This document shows positions 19,318 to 29,700 of a stretch of 48,910 bases of DNA, piece by piece. The DNA is from Promethearchaeota archaeon (GTDB lineage: Archaea > Asgardarchaeota > Lokiarchaeia > Sigyniarchaeales > SOKP01). The DNA is taken from NCBI GenBank assembly GCA_016840085.1, contig JAEOTA010000082.1:1-48910 (forward strand), in the 5' to 3' direction. The notes beneath the pieces were generated by a model, which was not told where the DNA came from, made no database searches, and worked only from the letters and a program-made list of their open reading frames with translations. Made by a program: the position numbers and the translations under genes. The stretch's first letter is position 1. Every line of letters starts with the position of its first letter.

Positions 19318-20241
19318 TTACTTTGTAAATTTTTGTTTGAATGACTCAATAACTTTAGAAATTTCAGTCATATGAATTTTTAATTCTTTGGGATTAGTTT
19401 CCTTTAGTTTATCCAAATTTTCAATAATTTCTTTCAACTCATCAATCCATACATTCATAAGAATCTCTTTTTCTTTATTTCTACAAGCGTTCTTAATTTC
19501 ATTTCCAATCCATTCTTTAGCATTTTCATATAGTTGCTTTTTGAGTACGTCCACTGAAATTTTAACTAAATCTTGTTGGCTTTTAAGATCATCTAACACC
19601 TGTTTAGTTATATTTTGAAATTCTGCATGTTCAGTTTCTAATTTTTTTAACAAATCTCTTTGGATTTCTTCTTTTGTATCAAATTCCTCTTTTACTCTTT
19701 TTAATTCTGTTAAATTGTCTTCATTTACGGTTCTTAAATTATCTCTAATTGCTTTGATGTTAGATTCAATAGAGCTATTATATCCATCTACTTTCTGGCT
19801 AAGATTATTAAACTTTCTTTCCAAATCTACATTAATAGAATCAAATTTTCTCTCATATTTCTGATCAAGTGTACTGAATTTATCCTCCAATTCTTTATCA
19901 AAAATATTTGTTATATCTTCTATTTTTTTATTAATATTATTTATTTGATCATCAAATTTCCTCTCAAGTTTAGTTATTCGCTCACCGAATTTTTGATCAA
20001 GTTTCTCAGAGTGATCTTTTGAACTTTGTGTAAGTTTATTAATTAGGTTATTTATTTTTTGATCATGTTTATTTAATAGTTCCTCTGTTTTCTTCTCAAT
20101 TGTTTTAATTTGCTCATTTACATTTTTTATTAATTTAGACGACTGTTCATTAAATTTCTGTTCAAGATTTTTTAATTGTTCTTTTAAGTTCTCAAAATCT
20201 TTCATTGATGTTATTCCATCTGATTTAGAAATTTTATCCAC
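19318..20241 (-). CDS. Coiled-coil / apolipoprotein-like repeat protein
   Basis: Repeating LDQKF / LERKF / YERKF units; no TM segment; GTG start; directly downstream of the GTPase. Confidence 0.7.
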   Translation of the reverse strand: MDKISKSDGITSMKDFENLKEQLKNLEQKFNEQSSKLIKNVNEQIKTIEKKTEELLNKHDQKINNLINKLTQSSKDHSEKLDQKFGERITKLERKFDDQINNINKKIEDITNIFDKELEDKFSTLDQKYERKFDSINVDLERKFNNLSQKVDGYNSSIESNIKAIRDNLRTVNEDNLTELKRVKEEFDTKEEIQRDLLKKLETEHAEFQNITKQVLDDLKSQQDLVKISVDVLKKQLYENAKEWIGNEIKNACRNKEKEILMNVWIDELKEIIENLDKLKETNPKELKIHMTEISKVIESFKQKFTK

Positions 20242-20290
20242 CTTTTTTAATTAATTGCGTAATTAATTTTTCAATCTTCTTATTTTTAAG

Positions 20291-21298
20291 CTATGTTAAA
20301 GTTATTAGATCTTTTTCTAACTTCTCTTGTCTCAATTTATTACCAATTATTAATAATTCATTTTCTTCTCTATTTAGTTTTTGTAGTACATCTAAATTAC
20401 TTTCAGATTCTTTCTGGGACGTTAACAATAAATTTTTCATGCCATTAATTGCTTCTTCAACCGATTTGATATGGGATTTCTTTAAATGCGTAATAGCTTT
20501 TTCAAGTTCAGATAAATTTATTAAAAACTCATCTAGACTATTAATTTTTTCTAGCTCTACTTTTTTTAATTCTTGCTGAATAAATTCATAGTATTTTAAT
20601 TCTGTATCTTCAATCTCAATGGGAGATTCAGTTTTAAATTTTGGTTTTGATTTTATCTTTTTTAATTCTGAATCGATGGAATTAATATTAACTAATTGAT
20701 CTTTTAATGAATGTTCAGTTTTACCGAGAAAGTTTATGAAATCATTTGAGGTATTTTCAGGTACAGTATCTGGATTTAAAATTTCTGCTTTTTTTAAAAA
20801 AGTATATATTAATAATTCAAAACAATCTTGAATATTTTTACCAGTTTTAGATGATATTAATATCATATGATCTTTTTCTGTGAGGAAGCTTTTTATTATA
20901 TTACTTAACTCTATATCCACAGAACACGCATCTAATTTATTTCCGATAAATAATGAAATACATTCTTCAGAATAATACCTCATTTTGTCTAAAAATTCCT
21001 TTTTGAGATTTTCTAATGTTTTTTTTGGTCGAGTTAAATCAAAAACTAGAAGAACGGCATCAGCATTGGAATAATGGGCAGGATTAAAAGTATTGTATGA
21101 CTTTTGTCCACCTAAATCCCATATACTTAATTTAATGGAAGTTTCTTTTAACTGATAATCCTTTTTGCTTATAGAACTTCCAATTGTAGGCATATACGTC
21201 TCAGGAATATCTTTACCTATGAAAGCATTTATAATAGATGTTTTACCAACTTCTCCTTCACCGAGAATAACAAATTTTAAGTTAATTCTATTTTCCAA
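20291..21298 (-). CDS. Rab-like small GTPase with C-terminal helical/coiled-coil extension
   Basis: G1 GEGEVGKT, G2 YMPTIG, G3 WDLGGQ, G4 NKLD, G5 SSKTG; about 165-aa C-terminal extension. Confidence 0.9.
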   Translation of the reverse strand: MENRINLKFVILGEGEVGKTSIINAFIGKDIPETYMPTIGSSISKKDYQLKETSIKLSIWDLGGQKSYNTFNPAHYSNADAVLLVFDLTRPKKTLENLKKEFLDKMRYYSEECISLFIGNKLDACSVDIELSNIIKSFLTEKDHMILISSKTGKNIQDCFELLIYTFLKKAEILNPDTVPENTSNDFINFLGKTEHSLKDQLVNINSIDSELKKIKSKPKFKTESPIEIEDTELKYYEFIQQELKKVELEKINSLDEFLINLSELEKAITHLKKSHIKSVEEAINGMKNLLLTSQKESESNLDVLQKLNREENELLIIGNKLRQEKLEKDLITLT

Positions 21299-21529
21299 CT
21301 TACTAATCGCCTAGAAAAAAACCTTAAGATATGCAAATTTAGTATTATTTTGAAAAATTGGTCTTAAATAATTAAATTCTTAAAATCAAAATAGACTTGA
21401 TTAATATAAATTTTAGCTTTAACTATTTTTGAATGCTTTAGGTTCGAATAAAAACTTTTTATAATTTCTAAATTTTACACAATCAATATTCGTATAGAAA
21501 TAATTTAAAGGGAAAAGTGGGATAAGTAA

Positions 21530-22567
21530 ATGGTTATAAAAACAAGAATTACTGAAATGTTAGGAATTAAACAGCCAATTATTGCTGCTCCTATGGGTCC
21601 CTTTTACACGAAAGAACTGGCTGTTGCAGTTTCTGAAGCGGGGGGTTTAGGGGTTTTAAGTCATACTAATTTATTTGGAAAGAGTAGTATGGAAGAAATG
21701 AAAAAAGACATGGAGTATGTAATAGAGCATACGGATAAACCTTTCGGATTTAATATTAGAACGGCAAGATTGCAACTTGACGCTCCTGGTCTTTGTCGTG
21801 GAATTCCACGCTTTATTATGGATAATCCTAAATTAAAAGAACAATGTGTTTATGCAATCACAAGCGCAGGATCCTCTAAAACATTACCGCATTCAAAATC
21901 CTACCAAAAATTAAAAGAAAGTGGTTCCAATATTAAACATTTCCATGTAGCTCCTGCACTATGGCTAGCAGATAAATGTGTAGCTTCAGGAGTTGATGGT
22001 ATGGTAGTTACTGGCGGGGAAGGTGGGGGCCACCAGAGTTATGAAAAGATTAGTTCTTTAGTTCTTCTTCAACAAGTTATGCGAAGACATCCAGATATAC
22101 CTGTAGTAGCATGTGGAGGTTTTGCTAGTGGGGAGGGTCTTGCTTCGGCTTTAGCAATAGGAGCAGGAGCGATTGCAATGGGTTCAAGATTTATCGCATC
22201 AAAAGAAAGTGAATTCCATGAAAAATACAAGAATATTGTACCACCTGCCAAAGCGAGTGATACTATTTGGGTAACTGGTGTTTTGGGTCCAATTCGGCTA
22301 TGGCAAAATAATTACAGTCTACATCATGGTGTTGTAACAAGTAAAGATGAAAAAATGGCGTTAGAAGCTCAAATTACTCCTCAGATGGCTATGGAGGATC
22401 AAAAACATTATGAAATGACATATGATGGTGATATTGAGGATGGAGCTGTGTTATTAGGACAAAGTATTGGTGTTATCGATTCTATAGATACTGTTCAAGA
22501 GATAATTAATGAGATCGTTAGAGATGCTGAAAAAAGATTAAGAGAAGCCAATTCTTATATAATTTAA
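21530..22567 (+). CDS. Nitronate monooxygenase / FabK-like oxidoreductase (paralog 2)
   Basis: Same motifs as 1130..2182, with long identical peptides such as EHTDKPFGFNIRTARLQ and LKESGSNIKHFHVAP. Confidence 0.9.
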   Translation: MVIKTRITEMLGIKQPIIAAPMGPFYTKELAVAVSEAGGLGVLSHTNLFGKSSMEEMKKDMEYVIEHTDKPFGFNIRTARLQLDAPGLCRGIPRFIMDNPKLKEQCVYAITSAGSSKTLPHSKSYQKLKESGSNIKHFHVAPALWLADKCVASGVDGMVVTGGEGGGHQSYEKISSLVLLQQVMRRHPDIPVVACGGFASGEGLASALAIGAGAIAMGSRFIASKESEFHEKYKNIVPPAKASDTIWVTGVLGPIRLWQNNYSLHHGVVTSKDEKMALEAQITPQMAMEDQKHYEMTYDGDIEDGAVLLGQSIGVIDSIDTVQEIINEIVRDAEKRLREANSYII

Positions 22568-22650
22568 TCTTATGTAAAATTTATATTAAATACTTAAATC
22601 ATTTTTTTTCTTATTCTATATTACTTCAAATAACACAAGTATTTCTAAAA

Positions 22651-22890
22651 ATGAATGCGAAGAAAAAGATTGAATTAATTTCAGAAATAATAGATAGATA
22701 TGATGATCACGTTTGTTTTTATTGCGGTAGTACCTTAAACGGTGATATGGAAAATGATGATTATGATGATGGATACTCTGATGATTGGTGTCCTGATTGC
22801 TGTAAAGGTATTGATCCTGATAATGATTGGGAAGATGCTTGTTTAAACGTAATAGATAAAGTAATTCACGATGAAAAGTTTAAACCATAA
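22651..22890 (+). CDS. Small acidic zinc-finger protein
   Basis: CFYCG ... WCPDCC with an Asp-rich linker; 79 aa. Confidence 0.7.
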   Translation: MNAKKKIELISEIIDRYDDHVCFYCGSTLNGDMENDDYDDGYSDDWCPDCCKGIDPDNDWEDACLNVIDKVIHDEKFKP

Positions 22891-22931
22891 ATTTAATTTG
22901 GAAGTTAAATAACTTAAAAAATGTGAACTAG

Positions 22932-23759
22932 ATGGTGTTTTTAGAAACAAAAGTGCTTCTAGAAGATTTATTATTTCCAGAAAGCCCACGATGGCATACT
23001 GATAAATTATGGTTTTCTGATATGGATAGCCATAAGGTAATAACTGTTGATCTCAACGCAAATACAGAAACAATTGTAGAGATACCAAATCGACCTTCTG
23101 GTTTAGGTTGGCTTCCAAACGACAGACTCTTAATAGTATCAATGGAGAATTGTAGTTTACTTCGTCTTGATCCCGAAGGAATAACACAACACGCGGATTT
23201 AAGTGGCCTCGCAACATTTTATTGTAATGATATGGTAGTAGATAAAAAAGGAAGGGCGTACGTTGGGAATTTTGGTTTTGATTATTTTAACACTAAACCT
23301 TTCAAGCCTGCGGAAATTGTTCTTGTGGAACCATCTGGAGATGCTAGAATTGTTGCGGAAAGTATGTCTTTTCCAAACGGAACTGTTATTACCCCAGATG
23401 ATAATACCCTCATTGTTGGAGAAAGTTTTGCTGCTCGTCTTACAGCGTTCAATATTATGGAGGATGGATCTCTTACAGATCGCCGAATATGGGCTAACCT
23501 CAAATCATTAGCCCCTGATGGAATATGTTTAGATGTTGAAGATGGGATTTGGTTGGCTGCCCCAGGTAGGCATAGAGTTGTACGTGTTACTGAAGGGGGC
23601 AAAATAACTCATAAAGTAAAAGTTAAAACAGATGCGTATGCTTGTATGCTTGGTGGATCAGATCGGGATATCCTTTTTATTGCCACATCAACACATGAAA
23701 GGATAAACGGACGAATTGAATATGTGAAAGTAGATATTCCAGGTGCGGGACTTCCTTAA
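22932..23759 (+). CDS. SMP-30/gluconolactonase/LRE family protein
   Basis: FPESPRW, CNDMVVD..GR.YVG, FPNG, PDGICLD and ACMLGG motifs. Confidence 0.92.
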   Translation: MVFLETKVLLEDLLFPESPRWHTDKLWFSDMDSHKVITVDLNANTETIVEIPNRPSGLGWLPNDRLLIVSMENCSLLRLDPEGITQHADLSGLATFYCNDMVVDKKGRAYVGNFGFDYFNTKPFKPAEIVLVEPSGDARIVAESMSFPNGTVITPDDNTLIVGESFAARLTAFNIMEDGSLTDRRIWANLKSLAPDGICLDVEDGIWLAAPGRHRVVRVTEGGKITHKVKVKTDAYACMLGGSDRDILFIATSTHERINGRIEYVKVDIPGAGLP

Positions 23760-23814
23760 TCTTTAAGCTTTTTCAAATAGTTTTATCAAAACTAAAAATT
23801 AATTTTTAAAAAAT

Positions 23815-24294
23815 ATGTCAGATAATAGAAAGAATATTGGTCCATATGATTATATTGAGCATTTTAGAATAAATACAGCTTTAATGGTTACAATGGATAA
23901 AGACGGTAAGCTTAATGTAATGGCTTTAGACTGGAAAAAAATGGAAGAAAGAGAGGGCAAACCAGTTATAAGAGCACAAGTAGCTTATACTAGATATACC
24001 TATACTTTATTAACAGAAGGCATAAATGAATTCACTATTAATATCCCTTCAGATAAGATATATCATGCTGTTGATATCGCAGGGTCTTATTCAGGGAGAA
24101 ATACAGATAAATTTCAAAAAGCAGGGTTGGAAGCCATACCAGGACAAAAAATAAAAATTCCTACAATAAAAGATTGTATATTAAACTATGAATGTAAAAT
24201 AGTTAAGGATAGTAAATCAAATATGAGCAGTCATCATTATTTTTATGGAGAAATTCTCGCTGCTTATGCTTCTAACGATATAATAAATAAGTGA
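23815..24294 (+). CDS. Flavin reductase-like (FMN split-barrel) protein
   Basis: NVMA..W, RYT, EFTINIP, GSYSGRNTDKF, ECK and H..FYGEI motifs. Confidence 0.85.
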   Translation: MSDNRKNIGPYDYIEHFRINTALMVTMDKDGKLNVMALDWKKMEEREGKPVIRAQVAYTRYTYTLLTEGINEFTINIPSDKIYHAVDIAGSYSGRNTDKFQKAGLEAIPGQKIKIPTIKDCILNYECKIVKDSKSNMSSHHYFYGEILAAYASNDIINK

Positions 24295-24458
24295 GAATCA
24301 CTAAATTATAATAATTTATTATAATTAATTCACTTGATGGAAAGTGTATTAAATATATACTCTCGGATTTTATAATCGACAACCACATCTCCTACATTGA
24401 AATAAATTTTATTTTAGTTTGAAGTTCAAATGAACTTAATAATAAGAAAAACCAATTA

Positions 24459-25934
24459 ATGATTAAAAAAATTGAAATTATATTTAGAGGTTATTTCATT
24501 ATTCAAAAATCACTAATTTTAACTTGTATTAACTGTGAAAAAAAATTTGAATTTACCTCTATAGAATACAAATGCCCTGAATGTGAAGGATTATTATGGT
24601 TTGATATCAATTTGGAAAAATTCAAGCAGCAATTTGCTCAAATTAAAATTAATAATACATTTTGGGATTATAATTTCGCCCTCCCCCCAATAAATAAGGA
24701 TTTTATTATATCATTAGGGGAAGGTGGAACACCTTGTAGATCTTCAAAAAGATTAAGTGAAAAATTTCAGTTAAATAAATTATTTTTTAAAGATGAAACG
24801 AGAAATCCAACAAATTCTTTTAAAGATCGTGTTGCAGCATTGTTAGTTTCTCACGCACGGAGTTGGAATTTTGAGAAAATGGTGTGTTCTTCCAATGGGA
24901 ATCAAGGTGCTTCAATTGCAGCTTATTCTTCTCTTGAAGGAATTAAATGTTTAAACATAATTCCCGGAGAAATCGATGTGGGTAAAAAAGCCCAAATGAT
25001 TGCATATAATTCTGAAATAAAAATAGTTGGTGATACAGTTGATGATGCGATTGATTTCATTTTAAAAAATAAAGATTTCGAAAATTATTATCAGTCTACA
25101 CCAGAATTGAATCCTCTTACGCTTGAGGCTCAAAAAACAATAGCATATGAAATTATTAACCAAATTGACACTCCCAATTCTGTTATAATCCCTATGGGGA
25201 GTGGAGAATTATTAGTAAGTCTATGGAAGGGTTTTATTGAACTTAAAGAAATTAATCTTATTGAAAATATTCCAAAATTAATAGGGGTTCAATCTCAATC
25301 TTCATCTCCAATTGTGAATGCATTTTTTAAGGAATTCGATCATAAAATTGAAAAAATAGATAATGAAAAATCAATAGCTTTAGGAATTTTAGTGAAAAAA
25401 CCTCTTTATAAGGAACTAGCTATAAAATGTATTAAGGAAAGTGAAGGAACAGTAATTGCTGTTCCTGAAAAATTAATATTGGGTTCAATTGAGAAACTTA
25501 TAAGAAATGAGGGAATTTTTGCAGAACCCTCTTCTGCTTTAACTTTGGCGGCAGTTAATTTATTAGATCAAAAACAAATGTTTGATCCTAAAGATAATGT
25601 AGTATGTCTGATTACTGGAAGTGGATTAAAAGCACCTTATGTGTTAGAAGCAATATCATCCCAAACTAAAACTACAGGTAAAGGTTCGATAATCATAACA
25701 AAACTTAAAATACTATCTCAAATCTCACTTTCAAGTATTACAGGAATAACTGGAACAGAAATTAAAGCAACCTTAGGAACCATAAGTCTAGCAGCTATTT
25801 ATCAACACTTAAAAGATTTAGAAACAAAAGGTTTGATATCGAGAAAAAAAGAAGGAAAAAACGTTTTATACTTTATAACTAATAGTGGTAAAAAAGTTTT
25901 AGACGCATTAGATGTTTTAATTACATTGTTATGA
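24459..25934 (+). CDS. thrC: Threonine synthase-like PLP enzyme fused to C-terminal winged HTH
   Basis: N-terminal zinc ribbon CINC/CPEC; SLGEGGTP; NPTNSFKDR (PLP lysine); PMGSG; AEPSSA; ITGSGLK; then wHTH (SLAAIYQHLKDLETKGLI...YFITNSGK); true start may be a few codons downstream. Confidence 0.85.
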   Translation: MIKKIEIIFRGYFIIQKSLILTCINCEKKFEFTSIEYKCPECEGLLWFDINLEKFKQQFAQIKINNTFWDYNFALPPINKDFIISLGEGGTPCRSSKRLSEKFQLNKLFFKDETRNPTNSFKDRVAALLVSHARSWNFEKMVCSSNGNQGASIAAYSSLEGIKCLNIIPGEIDVGKKAQMIAYNSEIKIVGDTVDDAIDFILKNKDFENYYQSTPELNPLTLEAQKTIAYEIINQIDTPNSVIIPMGSGELLVSLWKGFIELKEINLIENIPKLIGVQSQSSSPIVNAFFKEFDHKIEKIDNEKSIALGILVKKPLYKELAIKCIKESEGTVIAVPEKLILGSIEKLIRNEGIFAEPSSALTLAAVNLLDQKQMFDPKDNVVCLITGSGLKAPYVLEAISSQTKTTGKGSIIITKLKILSQISLSSITGITGTEIKATLGTISLAAIYQHLKDLETKGLISRKKEGKNVLYFITNSGKKVLDALDVLITLL

Positions 25935-25939
25935 CAACT

Positions 25940-26557
25940 TTAAGTAGATTCGATTATAAATATTTTTTCGAAAACTTGGGGTAAATTGTTTATAATATTT
26001 TTTCTTGCAGATATAATAAAGACGAAGGCTAGTAATCCTCCAAGACCAAATTGTATTATTGCATTTAATATAAATTCAAATAATGCACTTGGGAATCCAT
26101 AAATCATTATCTCATAAATAAAATAGCCAAAAACCATTATAAGTCCGCCTACTACAATTCCAATTATATCTCTGTAATTAAATTTTACGTAATTTCTTCT
26201 AGGATTTGATATCAATCCTACCAGAAATCCCTCCAAACCTTTAATAATTAATGTGGCAGGGGCATAAATTGTATATCCCAAAAATATGTCTGCTAAAGCT
26301 GAACCAACTCCACCTGAAATAGCCCCAATTATAGGACCAAATAAAAGTCCAGTAATCATTACAATGGCATCTCCGATATTAATGAAACCTTTAGTAGCAG
26401 GAATAGGGAAGGCAATTACCATAGTAATTACACATGTCAAGGCAGCAAAAATCCCTATTGTTGATAAGGATAATGTTTCAGTCGGTAATAAATAACCCAA
26501 AAAATTCTTTCTAGGAATATCATACCTTTTTTCTGTCATTGTATTCTTATCTTCCAT
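25940..26557 (-). CDS. ECF transporter S component
   Basis: GIFAALTCV.TM, IPAT.GFINIGD, GSALAD...GY..YAP.TLIIKGLEG; about 6 TM helices. Confidence 0.88.
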   Translation of the reverse strand: MEDKNTMTEKRYDIPRKNFLGYLLPTETLSLSTIGIFAALTCVITMVIAFPIPATKGFINIGDAIVMITGLLFGPIIGAISGGVGSALADIFLGYTIYAPATLIIKGLEGFLVGLISNPRRNYVKFNYRDIIGIVVGGLIMVFGYFIYEIMIYGFPSALFEFILNAIIQFGLGGLLAFVFIISARKNIINNLPQVFEKIFIIEST

Positions 26558-26587
26558 ATTTTTAGACCTTCCATAAATATAAGTATC

Positions 26588-26610
26588 AACTTATATAAGT
26601 TCAAACTTAT
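26588..26610. promoter_or_regulatory. Overlapping palindromes over the ECF-S promoter (putative operator)
   Basis: Perfect aacttatataagtt at 26588-26601 overlapping ataagtt-ca-aacttat; centre is a TATA-like TTATATAA. Confidence 0.35.
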
Positions 26611-26783
26611 ATTTAACTTATTTTTTTTCAAATATAAATTTTCATTTTTTGGATTAATGTTAGAAAAAAGAATATAAAGTATTATATACGGTTAGATTCT
26701 AATTAATCACAACAATCTATCTAAATAAAATTTTTAAATAGATTTAATAGAAATTCAATAAAATAAATTAAAATGAACTAAAA

Positions 26784-29700
26784 ATGAAGCTTAGAAAAAA
26801 TTTCAAACTTATGAAAAAAGCTATTGCTATAAGTGCCTTATTTTATGCCATTTTATCACCTATTACTATTATCTTTGCATCAAATGCAGTAAATGTTGAT
26901 TTCTCAAACAATCTTAACACTCAGGCCAATGATTCTGCTGAGGGTTCCATCTTGTGGAAATTAGGTAAAGGTTTGCCCGGAACTGGAGCAACAATGAAAC
27001 CTCGATTAGTAAATTTTACTGAAAATGGTGAATCATTAATTGTTGTAGGGACAGATGAAGGTTTGGCTACAATTACATTAGATGGTTTTATTAGTATGAG
27101 TTATCGAACCTTTGGGCCCGTAATTGATTTTGATATTATTGAAGATATATCAGGTGATACTATAGATGATATTGTCCTTATTACTTATTATAAAGATCAT
27201 CCAAATCTAATTGCAATCTCTTCTAATAATGGTTCAGAGATATGGAAATTTAAAGTTACAATAGAAGGAATTAGTACGGAGACCTATGAAAAACAGGATT
27301 TTATCACATATACATGGGATTTAGAAGTAATTAACGACATAAACGAAGATTCAATATCGGAAATTGTTATAGCATCTTGGTATAGATTAATAGTGGTTGA
27401 TGGAAAGGTTGGCGATAAATTATGGATGAGAGAGAATGATTTTGCGAATGATATTTGGAAGGTAGAAGTACTAGATGATATTAATAATAATGGATTTCAA
27501 ACTATTATTGCGGGTTCAGAAGAAGGGAAATTAAGTGCTTTTGATTCTAAAAGTGGAAAGAAAATATGGACTTTTAAGGTTGAAAAAATGAAGATTCCAG
27601 TTACGACTATGTTCGGTATTTCTACAGAAAATGTACCAAATTCCATCGATGATATTAAGATAGTTAACGATGTTAATAATGATGATATTGATGAAATTCT
27701 TATTGCAGCTGATGATGGATATATAAGATTAATTTCTGGAAAAAATGGGGATGAACTTTATAATGCTATGTGTTATAATGTGACAAAAATTACAGAATAT
27801 TTATATGATATCCCATCAACCTCTCCATATTCATCTACTGAAAGACTATTTAGGAAATCAGGAGTCAAATTATATGAAATTCCAGACATTAATAATGACG
27901 GGATTAAAGAATATATGTCAATTGCCTGTGATCTTGATTATGAAGATAAAGGAACAGATCTAATTGAAAGTAGAATATTTTCTATAAATCCAGAATCTGA
28001 GTTTGAACTAATTAATATCAGTATTAGTCGAAATCGGACTTATACAAATAATAATCCAGGTCCATACTATAGCTCCTATCCAGAAATAATTAATAGAGGT
28101 TCTGAGATCCAAATTTATTTTTATTCCTATAGCAGTGAATATGGAGGTTATGATATAAATGTAAGAATTGAGCGTTATCACATTGAAGATGAAAAATTAG
28201 AAAATCCAACAATTATTTACGAAGATCCAGATTCATATTCATTTTCAAAATATGAGCATGAATATGAAATTCTATCACAATCTTTTTCTGATACAAATGG
28301 ATATTATTTGTTAAATATTGGTGATGTTAATTTTGATGGAGTAGATGATTTATTTGCAATTAGTCCTAATGGTCGTTATTTATGCATTGATATTAAAAAT
28401 GATGACATGCTTTGGGTAAGAACTCGTAAAGATTCCGAATTAGAAATTACAGAACTTAAAGATTTAAATAATGATGGAATTAAAGATTTGTTAATCAAAC
28501 AGATAAGTGACTTTGAGCCAGATTGGATTAGTTCTAATGATGATGGTTATTATTATGATGGTTATTATCAAACAAACGAAAAATCTAAAATAATAAGTGG
28601 ATTATTCACTGTTGATGGAAAAACGGGAAATATTATTTGGTCTTTTAATATCCCCTCACTCCAATATTATGAGGGGATAAGAGATTTAAAGAATGTGGGA
28701 GATATTACTGATGATGAAATTGATGATTATGTAGGCTGGGTAATTCCCTCAACTACTCCTCATGATATTTCTGAAATTATAGAAAGCCTTTCTGAATATG
28801 ATCCATATGAATGGGATAGTGGACAATTTGTAAGTGAAGACATATATAGGGCATTATTGTCCAAATATACAAAAATATTAGCAATTGATGGTTCTAACGG
28901 AATTATTTTTTGGAATAACTCTTTGCTAGGCTTTCCTTATAGATTTTATCGCCAATATGGGTATACTGGACCCTATGAAGAACCAATTTCGGGATATTCT
29001 AGTGGTAATGATTTTTATAATAGAATAAATGGTGAAATTCCTAGCAGTTGGGGAGAATATTATAATATTGATTGGAATGGTGAGTATAATAATTGGAGCA
29101 TTTCAACATTATTGCATCCAGATAATATTCAACTAGTAAATGGATCTTCTACTGATAATAAATTTGACTTATGGGGTGAAGAAGGGACAAATTGCACAAT
29201 TACTTCTTCTAATTCATCTGAATCATCAAAATCATTAAAAATTGGAACAACATTAAATGACACATCAATAGGAACTGTTGAAAGTGGAGATAATTCATAT
29301 TGGGTATTAAATTCAATAAGTTCTAAAGGAGACCATAAAATTAGTGCGGAATTATCGTTTAATCTTACTCAACCAGTTGAGAGTGAATTACAATATATAG
29401 TAGTAGATTATGAAGGATTTTTAGTAGATGATGTTATTGATCAGATAGACATATCAATTTACAACTTTTCTGGAGATTATTGGATAAAAATAAGTAATGA
29501 AACTATTAATGATCCTGACCCGACAACAAAGATGGAAAAATTTCTATATAACATTAATGGATTAACATCAGACTCAAACAAATTAGTGAAAATTAAATTG
29601 GAAGCAACAAACACTTCTGCGTTCACTCTAAATATTGATAAATTAGTAGTAAATTATACATATACCTATGGAAACTATACAATAATGGCAGAACAAGACG

